Shown piece by piece: positions 1 to 14,500 of a stretch of DNA of 64,000 nucleotides (positions are counted from its first letter, which is position 1; each line of letters begins with the position of its first letter). A program made the translations under genes and the position numbers. The DNA is taken from positions 3,008,741-3,072,740 of the forward strand of contig OZ037768.1 in NCBI GenBank assembly GCA_964035545.1, read 5' to 3'. Below the pieces are notes generated by a model. The model was not told where the DNA came from. It did no database searches and saw only the letters and a list, made by a program, of their open reading frames with translations. The DNA is from Bugula neritina (taxonomy: Eukaryota > Animalia > Bryozoa).

Positions 1-2077
1 GGCGCTTTTGGCCATTTTTCCCTAACCTCTTGACTAATTTACTTAAACCGAAGTTAGAATTTTCCATAGCTACTTCAAATACCACGATTGAAATGAACTA
101 AATTTCACATATAAGTAAAAACCTTTAAATTTCACTAAATCACTTGTAGTTTAGTGAAATTATGTAAACAAATGAGATCACAGCCAGCAGCAATGGCTGA
201 CTTATGAATTACTGATCAGCAGAAACATAAGTTTTCTAATCTATCTAGTCAGGCTGTAATCCATCTAATCAGCGTAATGCTCAGTACATAATAGCATAGT
301 TTGCTTGTAAAGTTACTGTTATTATGAAGCATGCACTATTGTCCAGCTGCCACAAACTACTAAGCTCAAAGTAAAACTGGCATTCCACGCATACTAGTTA
401 AATGTCTGCAATTGTTGCTAAATTTTAAAAACTGAAATATATTTGAAAATTCATCAGGTTCAATTTAATATACAGACAAAGTAACTTATTAAAGATTATA
501 CCTAAAACAACCTAGTCAATGGTGAGTTGTTACAATTATTTTTATCTATCTGTCTGTGCTTGTTTTAAGTTAGAATTTCAGCTGCTGTTAGTAAAACTGT
601 TATATTTATAATAATTAATATTTATCTACGTGCATTGTATATTGGAGTAAATTCACTATCTCGATGACAAAGGATATTTATTAATAGGTTTCTTTCAAAA
701 ACTATGAAAAGTGCAAGCAAGAAACAAAGATAATTAAGTAAGAACACCAATTAAACTTGCACCATTTTAAAAATGCAAAAACATGTATGGTGGTATCAAC
801 TTGTAAAGTACAAACACAAGCACAATCAATATGTATAGTTTATAACTTCTAAATGTTGAGCCATATACAGCAAAACACACTTACCCAATTTATTGGTCAT
901 GGTGCATACATTCTCATTTGAATATTCAACAAGCACAAAGCAACCAGTGTTAAGCATAAAGGTCTTATATCAACAATCATTTTATATCAGTGCTCTTAGA
1001 ATTCCTTGTAACATTAAACATTGAGCAGACAATTTCTATGACTTATGTATGGCAGGATTTGTATAACAAATTAAAAGATTTGACTAAAATTATAGAGAAA
1101 TGCTATACAATTATTGAAAACAAATAGTCAAAGGTATGCTTAGTGTATTTAATTCGACTTCTTTTTGTGATTTCATTTTACTGTGTTAAAAACAAACCAA
1201 AAACTAATGGCTAGAATTTAAATATCATATAGGCTATATAGTAAGAAAGATGAATAACTAACCCTTATGCTACGGCAGGCTTGTAAGAAACCATAGTAGT
1301 TGATGCTGCACATGATTTAATGCAGCAGAATTGAATATATAGTAAGTGCAATAATAGTTATAATAAGACCTATAAGTTAAAACAATGGTTAATATATGTA
1401 GTTCTAAAGCAGTAGCACAACCACAATGACAATGGTTCTAGCAATATTTCTTAGAGCTAAAATAAAATAAGCATGGCAATTTAAATCCAAAGATAACAGC
1501 CTTTAAATTTTAAAAATAAATGCATTTTTAAGCTAAATTTGTTTGTACAATGTATGTGACTTTACTGTCACGGCAGTATTGGTAAAATAAATTTCAACAA
1601 TATGACTCATATGTTACTATATAATTTTTTATTCTAAGGCTAATGATGATTTGTGCAGTGTACACCCTTGTAATTAAAAAAAAACTATCAGAACAAAGAG
1701 AGTGTGATTTTGCAATTATAAATGTAGTGTTTGTCAGCTTTTTCCAGCATTAGCCTGTTAGCATTTTGTCACATTGTTATTCTTGGTGAAATGAAATGAT
1801 AAAATCGAGTAAGTAATAGTAAGAAAAATGTTTCAAGTGACAGTTTATGCATTATTGTTGTATCTTAAATTGCAACATTAATATTAAATAGCCATGATTA
1901 TAAAGTTAATTGATATGCTTAAAGCTAATTAAGAAATAAAATAATCTGAGCAAATCTGAGTTACTTTTAGACTCAGTTATTAGTGATACTCATAGTCATA
2001 CCGATAATCCTACTCAGACTAAGTCAATAAGAGTGTTATTTTAATATTTAAGAGCTTTTTAAATCTTAGGTTTATAC

Positions 2078-2141
2078 CTGATGATTTTGGCCTGTCTTTG
2101 TCTTTTTTTGATGCTGCAGCTTTCATTTTATTTGCATTCAT
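2078..2141 (-). CDS. Possible first coding exon of a divergently transcribed gene (MNANKMKAAASKKDKDRPKSS-)
   Basis: ATG at 2141, 64 nt open, ending in CAG|gtataa; ~400 bp head-to-head with the kinesin ATG across a CpG-richer segment. No convincing downstream exon was identified. Confidence 0.35.
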
Positions 2142-2199
2142 AATACTTCAACAAAACTAAAAAATATCATGATACTCGGTCACTAAGTTAAGCAAAATT

Positions 2200-2543
2200 C
2201 ACTATCATGCTTCTTTGCGAGTTGCTTAGGAACAGGAGTAGAGTACCGGATATCAAATAATCGAGATGAGCAAAGTAGAAGTTGCATACTCTTGAAAATA
2301 ATTAGCTATCGTAAAGTCAGCCTAATCGTCTTTTTCTAATGATCGTCTTTTTATTTATGTGCAATCGCGGTTATCGCGAGACGTTACTAAGGAGTAATGT
2401 AATCATCTACCTAATTTTCAAAAGCGTGTTCGTTGATGAGATTATTCGCGATCGAGAGCTTTATTCATTCATTCAGCAAATATCTGCAGGTCTATATGCA
2501 ACAAAAAACGAATGTAGCTAATTAGATCATAATATCTAGAGCA
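2200..2543. promoter_or_regulatory. Putative (possibly bidirectional) promoter of the kinesin gene
   Basis: Local CpG enrichment; TATCGCGAGA at 2372-2381 matches the TMTCGCGAKA (BANP-type) palindrome; X-box-like GTTGCTTAGGAAC at 2221-2233. Confidence 0.45.
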
Positions 2544-5500
2544 ATGGCAGAATCGTAAGTTTATCTAATTTGACACTTTTTCAAAAAAAGTTGGCATTCA
2601 ACTAACCTGTAGACGCGGTCATACAATTTTCACACTCACACTGTGAGTGTGACTGTAAACCGAATGACTATGACTATGAGGCGCTGCTATAACCTTAAAT
2701 GTCCCTGAGTGTTCGATATTTTTAAAGGGTATTTAAACGACTAAGTAATGACTTATTACTAAGTGTAATTACTTGATTGTAACTGCTAGCTAAAACTGTG
2801 ATCAGTGAATGTGATGACTAATTCTAAGCTTATACTGAGTTATAGTATTACTATTACAGTATTAGTATTAGTAGTGCTAATGCCTAATACGAATACTAAT
2901 AGTAATAATTATATTTAGTTTTATATCTCATGAGTAATTGTTTGCTATTAATTTTAGAATTAAAACTAAATTTAATGAGTTATTGGATTGATTTTATATA
3001 GTCAAACTTAATATTATACTTATACTAATCCTTATTATCATTGTAATACTAAAATGATTGTTATCAAATTTAGTTTCACTTGTTCAGATTGTTGTAATGT
3101 AATGTATGGGTTGGCATAATGGCTATTAAAATTATTATAAATATACTTAAAGTTATAGTTGGATATGTTTGCGTTAATACTAACAATAACTAATAAATAA
3201 ATACTTCAATTTTATTCATAATTATATTACTTGTGTTTATTTGTAAAAGCTTAAAGGTGATAGTTATTGTTGGATTTTGTGCTATTGTTTATTATAACAG
3301 TATTGTCATTTTAAGATTTATTTTAATAATTATTAAACAAAACTAAACTATCAACAAAATCTGTACCTTAATAGACTTATTCAGTAAGTCTAATGGCTAA
3401 TCTAAGTTATTTCTGAGACTGAATTATTGATGATTTAAAATTGAGTAAAACTGCTTGTTCCAAACATATTATCCATAGTTACTGTTGTGAATTTTTTTAT
3501 TGCTTTATTGTTTTTTTAATCTTACACTTTAATTTTTGAGTGAAACATAGTTATATTAAAATAAACGTAATAATCCATTATGTTTCATGTAAGCAATTTA
3601 AATAAAAGCTTTTGTGGAGATGTTATGCAAAGCTTAAACTTTTTTTTTTTACTTTTAAGTAGACTTTTGGGCACCTTTTTAATGATTACTTTGGTCAGCA
3701 GAATTAAGATGGTACATCTTTATTAGCAAAGAAAGATTATATGTTACTTATCTTGTAAAAAGAAATTTGTAAAGCTGAACAATAGCAAAGTAGCCCTCCA
3801 ATTAAATCTGAAGTGTTGAAAATTTTACAGTTCAAGTTTTTGCATGCACAAGTATGTAAATTCTGAACTATAAAATATAACAAGTTATGTTGTCAAAGTA
3901 CTTAACAGACTGTTGTGCATGACTCCTGATCTCATATTTGTTGCCAAGCATTGTTTAACATAAGTACTAGAATTACAGTCTAATCTGTCGAATGATTATT
4001 ATATAAATATTGTAGGTATTCATAGTTCAATATTTCAATGTTTAACATATTCATAGTTCAACAGTGTATATTGATTGAAATTATGTTTTAGTGTCAAAGT
4101 TGCTGTCAGATGTCGTCCTTTCAACCAGAGGTAAGGTTTTGATCAATTTCTATTTTATTTAGAATTGTTTTAAGTTTTTTATAAACACATGCCTATGTCT
4201 TTTACCTTAAAAGAAAATGTTTAACTTTTATTTGTAAGTGCTGCTAGTTTAGCTTGCTCTGTCTTTTTGTATTAAGAGCCAATTTTTTTATTATTCAATA
4301 GTTCATGTTGTTATAATTTACAATATTCCAGGGAAAAGGACAGAGGTGCAAAATGTATCATAGAGATGAATGGCCAGAATACGTCCATCAGGAATCCGGA
4401 TACACCCAGTAAGTGGTGCTCTTCTAAACTCATCCCACCAGATTGTCAAATGTGAATTATCTTGTCTATATAGCACTTTATTTACCACGCTACCTGTGAA
4501 CTAACTAAGTGTATATTTTTGTTTATTGTAGAAGAAGAACCAAAGAAAGTGGGTATATTAAAATGATACTACTAACCTGCTATTCATGTATTATTATTAT
4601 ATTATATTGCTGTTACAAGTTTGCTATTCATGTACTAATACGCACACAATGCAGTTTGAGTAAAACTGAAAATAAACAACAGTATAATTTTTGTTGCATT
4701 TTTTATGTTTTACTATGAAATATTTTGCTAAATAAATTACCATATAAACTGTTTGACATGTTTGGACTACGACATCAGCTGTAATATACTTGTCATAACC
4801 ATGTGTTTATTTCTGTTTCAATATGGCTGACGATGATTTTGTATCTGGATTACAGTTTGCCTTTGACTACTCTTACTGGTAGGTCTTCTTTTTCTTCCTC
4901 GTTAGTTATGTGTAGATAGTACTGCAGATAGTACCGCAGATAGTACCGCAGATAGTACTGCAGATATGCAGATAGCAGTGCAGATATGCATTTATTAGTG
5001 CAGAGGTGTATATATATATAGCAGTGCAGATATGCATATATCAGTGCAGATGTGTGTATATATATAACAGTGCAGATATGCATATAGCAGTGCAGATATG
5101 CATATAGCAGTGCAGATGTGTATATATATAGCAGTGCAGATATGCATATAGCAGTGCAGATATCAAGTGTATAAGCAAATAATAATTCAGTCATTTAATG
5201 ACAGTTGGAAAGAAATTAAAATATTGTATAACTATCTCTGCATCCTTTATTCATGCAAGACTCTGCCCCAATGCCAGACCTATATTTTGTCAACTCTAGT
5301 GTCTCCATATGTACAATCTTCATAACTATTGATTTCTAGATTAAATGGTTGTGCAGCTAAGGCGAGTAATATATATGCATTTTATATTGATTGACTAGGT
5401 GTAGGTGCTATTTCCTCTCTTTGTTTATAAATTATTGAACACCTCAACTCGCAAGGTAAAATAACCTTGCCTTAAATGTCACACTGAAAAATAAATATGT

Positions 5501-8500
5501 TTTTAGTTACTTATCAAACAATGCTTCAAATCATTGTTATAATTTACAATTGAATAGTTTTTGTTTGGAGATAGTAGGTCCACAAATTACATAATTGTGT
5601 TATTATCATCATATTGTATATATTATACGTGATTGTCAGGTCACATGATGGGTTCACGGAAGATGCTGACGGGGTGCTGCACCCAAATAAGGGCTCCAAA
5701 TACGCCAGTCAGCAGATTGTGTTTGATAACCTGGGTAAAGGGGTTCTCAACAATGCATTCGAAGGTGAGTTAGTGGTTTAAGGTGGGTTAGTATGTGAAA
5801 GGTGAGTTAGTATGTGAAGGTGGATTAGCATCAAGTAGTTTTTTGTTCTCGAGCTTTTATTAGAAAATAAGTAGTAAGTATTTTTAGCAGTTGAAGTCTT
5901 TTTGTTTAAAAGTCTTAGCATGTTACTTGTTAATTTGTTGAACTAACTTTAGCTTGGTTAGTCATCGTCAAGCTAATAAATAAAAAAATGTATATTGAGA
6001 TGTACACCAGCATATATGCTGATATTCATGCTGATAGTTATTTGAAATCTCAGTTCTTTCAGAAATTTTTCATTGGATATTTTATAAACACTTAAAAATG
6101 TGACTGGACGAAGCTTTTATGTAGACATTTGAGTTTTCATAAATTAACTTTTGAAAATTATTTTACTATTTATTATTTGAACAATTTTGGTTTACATAAT
6201 CAGTTCTAAAAGCTAAATTTGCCATGCAAATTGGGTGAAAAGTATTGTTGAAGTTAAAACTTCCTTGTGACTGCGTGCCTTGTATATTTTGACTAATGGG
6301 ACTATACATATATTTCAAATTTGGTGTTGGTTAATTTAATATGTTGGAGTTATGTCCCTTGGCTCAGAAAAAAGGTTTTAACATGCTGGTCGCAAAACAC
6401 TGCCCACAGGTGTTAAATCCCTTTACCTGCTCGTACCTCCAAAAGTAGCTATTCTATAGTTACCCTCACGTACTAACTCCACTCTATACCACTGAGAAAG
6501 AATCATATCATTATACTCAGGCCCTGTATCAGATAATATATTATGCAAATTGTGAATAGCCATATCGATTTAACATGCATAATTTCAAACCACTATTTGA
6601 ATATCTAAGGGAAGTTTATGCTGGTAACCATGGCCAATATCAACAAATCATAGTCATTGTTTTACATCAATAGTAACTGAATATGCATTGAATCAGTTTG
6701 CTAAGTACAGTAACAGCATATTCCTCTTGTACATAAATTCCAAGGTGCTTTTGCACTTGAAGGAGAATAGCTAAACTCAAATAGTTTAGTTGATGCCCTG
6801 ATTATATACATGAATAGTGCAAGCCCCTGCAGTAATAAGCTATGGAGTTTAATTTGCAAATGACTGCATTGGTCCTTTACTTCAATCAGCCAATACACTC
6901 AGCTCAACGTACTTCAAGTTGAAAATTAAGAAAAAAAATTGTCATTTAATTTGCAATCTTTTTTGGATATCGTGTACTGTCATAAAATTGATGCAAGAAC
7001 ATCTACAAATTGTGTTGACTGTTGGTAGACACTGTTGTGTGTTGCAGGCTACAACTGTTCCCTCTTTGCGTATGGACAGACAGGCTCCGGCAAGTCTTAC
7101 TCCATGGTGGGGTATGGCAATAACAGGGGTATTGTGCCCATCATCTGTGATGAACTGTTCAAGACTATGAAGTTAAACAACGATTCAAACATGGTTAGTA
7201 GTGTGAAGGGAGCGAGATGCAAACTCTACAGTCTTTGTACTGCCAAGCATCGATTACAATGTAGAGCTCTACAGTCTTTGTACTGCAAAGCACTGATTAT
7301 AATGTATAACTTTACAATCCTTGATTATTATTGACCATGTATTTCTTATATTAATATTCTTTTTCTTCAATCTTCATTCTCCCATCATAAGTGGAACTTT
7401 CAACTTCTAATAATTTTATTTGTTTGGGTAGTTCAAAGTTAACACAGTAACTGTATATTAAAGTTATCATTTTTCTTTATTTTAAAATATGGATTGTTTA
7501 TTATTGTTCTTGCAAAATGGTATTCAGCTTCAAAACAAAAATAAGCTGTTACTTGTTTAGAATTTTGAATCGTGAATAAATTTTCTATATTTTCTTGAAT
7601 AAGAATATTGTCTTGGCTTTGTTCATGTTAACTATTGGTTTGGAGTTGAAGTTGTTCTGTGGATAAACTATTATTCATGCTACTATTAATAGTTAGAACA
7701 CAGGCTACACCTACTCTTACTCCTAAATCATGAGTTTTTTTTTGAAAAGTTAAAATTTACAAAATTCTTGGTCAAATTAATTTTGTAAATTACTTTATTT
7801 ATGGAACTCTAATTTCCTAACCCATACTACTCTCCATCTCACCTTGCAGTCTCTATGTGTAATAGTTGGTCTAAGCATGTAATTTGTATCAAATAAATTT
7901 TATTTACTTCAGGAAAAAAGTAAAATGGTTGGTACTCACCTTTATGTTTTAAATATTTAATACGGTCACGGTTTCTCTCTGTACATTTTTTGTATCTGGT
8001 TTGATTATTATTTCTATCAAGTGTTGAGTCTCCAACTTTGTTCTCATTATATGATTATATTCATATTGAGAAATTTGTTGCGTGTTATTAGTTTGTGATA
8101 ACTTTTAGCAACAATATATTATAGAAGTGTATATAACTTACAGTCCAAATTACATTATGTTACTGCACTGAATTTATAATGTTTTAAAACAGCCAAGTGT
8201 ATTGTTTTTATTAATTAATTATTATTTATTGTGTTATACTTTCTGTTTAGCTGCTATACTCTATACAGAAGGCATTTAATTCAAAATTTGTCCGTATTTT
8301 GTGACCTCCTCTGTCCCTGTTGGTTAATTTCTATTGATGTCAACTCGGTCTATTTAAGTACTGACAACCGCAATCTGGTGATCTCGTGTTACAGAGGTAT
8401 GAAGTCACCTTCTCTATGCTGGAAATCTACAATGAGCAAGTCCGAGATCTACTACAGAAAGAGAACCCTAAGGGAGGCTTGCAGGTCAGACAAAACCCCA

Positions 8501-11500
8501 AACTTGGGCTATTTTATGTCCAGGGATTGAAATATGTGCCTGTGGGGAGCTACTCTGAGATCGAGAAAAGAATTGATCAAGGTAAGTTGGTGATCTATTA
8601 GATATAGGTCAAAATAGGTTGACCTATATCTAATTAGACTATTAGATATAAGTCAAAGTAGGTTGGTGGTGATGTGTTAGATACAGGTCAAAATAAGTTG
8701 GTGATTTATTAGATATAGGTCAACGTAGATATTTCAATGATGGAGTGTACAAGCTATAAATATTTGGAAGATTTGACAATCTCAGATGTAAGTTAAATGA
8801 AGTTGGTTTTGTGTTAAAGTTATACAGTTAGCAATAGGTTGATACTATTTTACTAGCTCACTCAGATATAGGTCATAGTAAGTTTTACAGTAGCTTTCAT
8901 TACGTTGAAAGGATATCAATGCTAGTTCAACTTTCGAATAATATACTCGAAATCTGTCGCTATATTATTTCAATATTTATATAAGTCACTATATTATTTC
9001 ATAACATATCAATTTTATTTCACTTCAACTATTTCTTACAAAACATTTAATCTATTTCCCCTTATGAATAGTTATGTATGAATAATGTTAGCTAGGCTCA
9101 ATATCAATTGTTCTGATAAAGTTGACATCATTGAGCATTGATCCGAATCACCAAGCTCTGAATTATATTGAATTCATTGCATAAATGTGTTGGTAGCTAG
9201 CTAGCTGCTACTGTTGTCTGGTAATTGATATATGCATCATATCCTGTCATTTACTACTAGAATGTTCAAGTCTATACCATCTCTATGATTCTATCTCTAC
9301 TTTTCTGTTCTCTCGTCTAAATATGTTTAAGTCAATTTAGTACACTATTCCAAGTGCTTACAATAAAAGCCTTTATGCACAATACAGTTAACTTGTGTTA
9401 TTACAGTTTGTGTCTTGTAATTTCTATATCGCTGCCACATTCATATTCTGGCAGCAGCCATTCTGATTCCTTGACAGAAAGCCATAATACAATCAGACTT
9501 GTCATCAGATTTATTTAGTCTCAGACCCTATAAATTTCACGGTGTGTTGTCTCCAGGCACTGCAAACAGGACTGTAGCCTCCACCAATATGAATGCCACA
9601 AGCTCGAGGGCCCACACTGTCGTCACTATCATATTTGATCAGATCTCAAAGGATGACGCCGGCTCCGAGACTAAGAAGAGCTCAGTGATGAATCTTGTAG
9701 ATCTCGCTGGTACGGATTAGTTCTGTGTTAGCAGTAGTTTAATAAAACACAGCTCACTTTGTACTGATTTACTGTACAATGTAGAAGATAGAACTACATA
9801 CATAGTACAGTGTATATAATACATAACTATATACATAGTATATACAGTGTAATACATAACTACATACATAGTACAGTGTATATAATACATAACTATATAC
9901 ATGTATATACAGTGTATATAATTCATAACTATATAGACAGAATGTTACATAACGATTGTAGTTGTCACAAGCACTTGATGCAAGGTGACATTTTCTAAGT
10001 AGCCAATAGGAATCTAGTTTGTTTTATAGTGAGTAGAGACTATAGAGTTATAGTGTCATGTCTAGCCTGTATTTCTAGGCTCAGAAAGAGCTGATAGTAC
10101 GGGGGCTACTGGAGACAGACTTAAAGAAGGTGCAAATATCAACAAATCTCTCTCTGCTCTTGGGAATGTCATATCTGTAAGTCATTTTTACTTAGTAATC
10201 TGATGGAACTTTTTAAATTATACTAATAATTCTTTTCATCAATTATTTAGCTATATAATTAACTTTTAGTATAAGTTTCAACCTTTTATTATACTAATAG
10301 CATACCTTGTATTACACCTTATATCACGCTGACAGGCTCTTGCTGACTTGTCTATGGGTAAGAAGAATGCCCGAGTGCCGTACAGAGACTCAGTGCTGAC
10401 AAAGCTCTTACAGAACGCTCTCGGTGGTAACAGCAAGACTATTATGATAGCCGCCCTCTCCCCAGCTGACATCAACTACGACGAAACTCTCTCCACTTTG
10501 AGGTACATTTCTGTATCTCTCTTATTAACACATACATCTCTCTCTTAACACAATACAAGTGAGAGAATGTTGGTATTTATGAACTTCACTCCTAACAATC
10601 AGCTATGAAGCTTTTAAAATTCAATAATCAAAACATGTAGAAAGCGTTCTTTAAATTGTTAATAATTTTACAAACACCAGGCCTTGTGAAATCAATGATT
10701 TTTAACATATAGACTGGTTTTTACTATATAATATACGCTGTATACTTTATACTGTATACTATACACTGTACGCTATAAATACTATATAATATACACTTAC
10801 GCTATAAATACTGTATACTATATACTGTACGCTATAAATACTGTATACTATATGCTGTATAATATACTGTATACTATATGCTGTATATACTGTATACTAT
10901 ATGCTGTATATACTGTATACTATATGCTGTATATACTGTATACTATATACTATAATATGCTGTATATGCTGTATACTGTACACTATATATACTGTATACT
11001 ATATGCTCTACACTGTAGATATGCAGACAGGGCCAAGAAGATTAAGAACAATGCTGTAGTGAATGAAAATCCAATTGATAAACTCATCAGAGAGCTCAAG
11101 GCAAGCCACAGCCTCTTCTCAAACTTTAACGTTTTATAATAATTTTCAAAGCATACAAAACATAAAAAAATTTGTTGTTCCATTATAAACATAGTGGTGA
11201 TGTTACGTAGTATTAATTTCATCTTGAATTTTGCAGTAGACAGAGACTTAAAGATTTATTTTGAATAATATTTGCACAATTCTCTTTTTGAAAATCTTCT
11301 GATATGCTTTATGTTTTTGTTTCTGCTTTGTATAGGAAGAGAATGAAAGGCTGAGAAAGTCTATGACGACTGGTGGAGTGGTTTCCGGGGCTAGTGGGAT
11401 GACTCCTGAAGGTGGGTTACCTCCCCCTTGTTAACATTTGTTAGTAGTTGTCTGTTGCTATGGTAACTACCCTCTGTGATGTCATTGCTACGTGAGAGTA

Positions 11501-14500
11501 GCACATCTTATTAGTTGGTATTTTAACGTCTGCAAATCTAGCTAACCAGCAGCCCTTTCTATAAACTATACCTGGTCATCTAAAAATATCGTAATTTGTT
11601 ACCATTTTTTATTGAAATGGAAAAAGTGGAATCACTGTGCGCTCTATTTAAAAGATTAAGTGGCAATAAGCTAATGTTGCTCTTCTTGCTTTGCAACGTT
11701 TTATACTGAAACAGTAGTTATAAATGATTTGGAATAGTTCTCCAAATTTCTTGGCTGATTTAACAAGGTACGCGTTGACTTTCTCTATGCAGACGATCGC
11801 ATATCAATTTCTATAAAGGGTAATGCAGTGACACCGGTTGCTATGTGACTGTCGGTTGAATAAGTACGGTGTATATACTGTGGCGTGTCACCACTGCATG
11901 GGATACAAAGTTATTGAACCTCAAGTCTGTCTAGTAACCAATTACCTTCTTTGTTGGCCTTGGCTGCGGTACCAGTACTGCCTGTTAAAAAGACACAAAC
12001 TTGTAGTTTCACTTGAAAAAAGTTATGAAATAAACAAACAAGTTCTAGCATGATATTATTCAAATCATCTCACTAAAGCATTAATTTAAATAAACTTAGT
12101 TCAAGGGATTAAGGTTCTACGCATTCAGCTATTCAAGTTATGGTTAATAAAGCAACTAATTACTAGCTGGTGAAATGTTAAAAATTGATAGAGTTTTCTC
12201 CCCTTTTATCTAAGATAAACAGTAAAACTTCCAATTTTAAAGTCAATAAGTGGTTAAAATCATGGAGTTGTCTCTTAGTTGACACTTGCTACTGAATATC
12301 ACTGATAGAAATATGATAAGCTAAGGAGAGACAACTCTGTAATGTAAATGTTGTCATCAAAATATACCTGCTACTAAACTTCATCTATATTGAACATTTT
12401 TGTATATAGAAAGTTGGAATACATGATTCAAAAAAATTAATTTCTTGTACTATTTTTTTTAATCGAGGTTGAATTGTCTAATAAGTCAAAGCTGAAAAGC
12501 GTTAAAAATCGGCCAATTTTTTCAACATGTCCTTACATTGCAGTACAAGAGCAAACTAAATTTCATTTAGTATCCGAAAGTGTTTTTCTTTTCGCCCAGC
12601 TTTATTAGTAACGCAGCCATTATTTATATAATTGTGACCGCACTTATCCAAGTATGTGTAGACTATAGAACATTATGTACCACTTACTTATAATGCATTC
12701 TTTCAAGTCATCTATGAATTGTACATTATACCTGCATGTAAATGACAGATATTGTCAAATATAAGATAATTAACTTTAGAAAAGATTTAAATTAAAAAAA
12801 ATATTTTACTTATTCACATAGAGATAGTGAGTAAAGCCTGCATGCATACTGTAACACCAGCATGCTGATCTTATTATTTGGTGTGTTGTTTTTATGAATT
12901 TGATTTCTGTTTTATGTAGCTGGCATGTCCAAAGAAGGTTGAGTATTTAAGTTTCTTTTGTGGTAGCATAATTCCAAATATCAGCTCAATGCACAGCCAA
13001 TTGGGCAATCTATGAGAGTGAATTTGGATTTGCGTTGAGTGGAATTCATAGTTTTGTTTATTCTTAATCCACTAGTTTTACAGTTTTCACTCTCACTCTG
13101 GAATTAGTTTAATTTACTGCATATAACTTGTTTGTGGATGACTTGATAATATGTTTTGAATGCATTTATTAGTATATTAATATGTTTTGAATCATCACCC
13201 AAAATATCATTTATATACTTTGGCATTAAAGGAAAAGTTTCTTCATTCAAGTATGCAACATTTGAATATCTTTATAACTGCCTACTGCTTATATTTTGCC
13301 TTCGATTTGCATATGATGTTTTATTGCGATTCAGGTGGGGTGGCTGCAACAGCTGAAGGTAAACTTTAAGTCTTTCTATGGGCTTTAGATATTTAAATCA
13401 TTCTAAATATACACTTCAGTCTTACAATGCACTCTATGCATGTATCTTTTAGCTTGAGGTCGCTGTATCATCTCTTTAGACTAGTAATTCTTATATGACA
13501 CTCCGTAGTTCTATTCATGTTTAGATGTGACTCGGGCTATATATTTTGTTGCAGAAAATAGTATTATACGCTTGTGCCTCTTCTATTCTTCAGTCATTAT
13601 TTATTAGCTGAGTTCTATCTGTTTATATCTAATTAGTATGTTAGTATACGTCACCCAAGATAGCAAGCTTCTCCGATGTCAATCTACACTCTCTCGCAAT
13701 GCTTCGGCTTTTAGTTTTATCTCCTCTGGAAGCACTTCTTAAAATATTTTTCTTCAAACCATACACCAATTTTATAAAAACACTTAATGGTTATCTCGTT
13801 TTAACAAAATAATAAAAAATAAAATATATTATGAATCTTTAAAATTTAAGGAAAAATATTCAAAGTAATTTCTTTTTATATGGAAGATTAATATATTGGG
13901 TTTCTTTGCAGGCAATATTTTAAAATTTCTTTGAAGGTTGTTGATATTGAAATAGTATTGTATTTTTAAAAATTCGAACTATTATAGGTTTCAGGTTTGT
14001 TGCTTCGTTTTTTCAATAGTTGAAAAATGTGCAATAAAAAGTTGTCATTTTGCAGTACAAATTTTAGTATTCTTGCTGCTCTATGTTATGATTTTATATA
14101 ATAAAATGACTTTTCGTCCCTAGAAATTGAGACGATGAGAAAAAACATGGAGGAGGAAATTAGAGCACAGTTGGAGGCCAACATGGCTATGATTGGTTCA
14201 AACGCTACAACCTGGGAAGAAAGAGTAAGAAGATAATCTGATAATAAGTCACAGTTTATCATGATATGAGAGAGAATGTGGAAATGCTAAAAGTTTTCAA
14301 CTAAATTAGTTCTAGATCTTTCGGTCTGCTGGAGCGAGACCATACAATAGTTTAAGTTACACATAAAACACGCCAACTCTTGAACTTTTAGCTTTTCTTA
14401 ATACTCTATCTTTTACTCAAAATTATTTGAGTAAAATAGAGAATATCAAGAAAATTTGTTTGCCTGCTTACCCATGACATAAACTTCGAGTTCACAATGC

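Noticed and set aside
1-97. Open minus-strand frame at the window edge (...MENSNFGLSKLVKRLGKNGQKR)
   Set aside because: Truncated by the window edge, and its phase does not join directly to the candidate exon at 2141-2078.
11690-12780. GC-richer, repeat-like intronic segments
   Set aside because: Probably old transposon fragments, but no clear TIR or TSD could be defined by eye.
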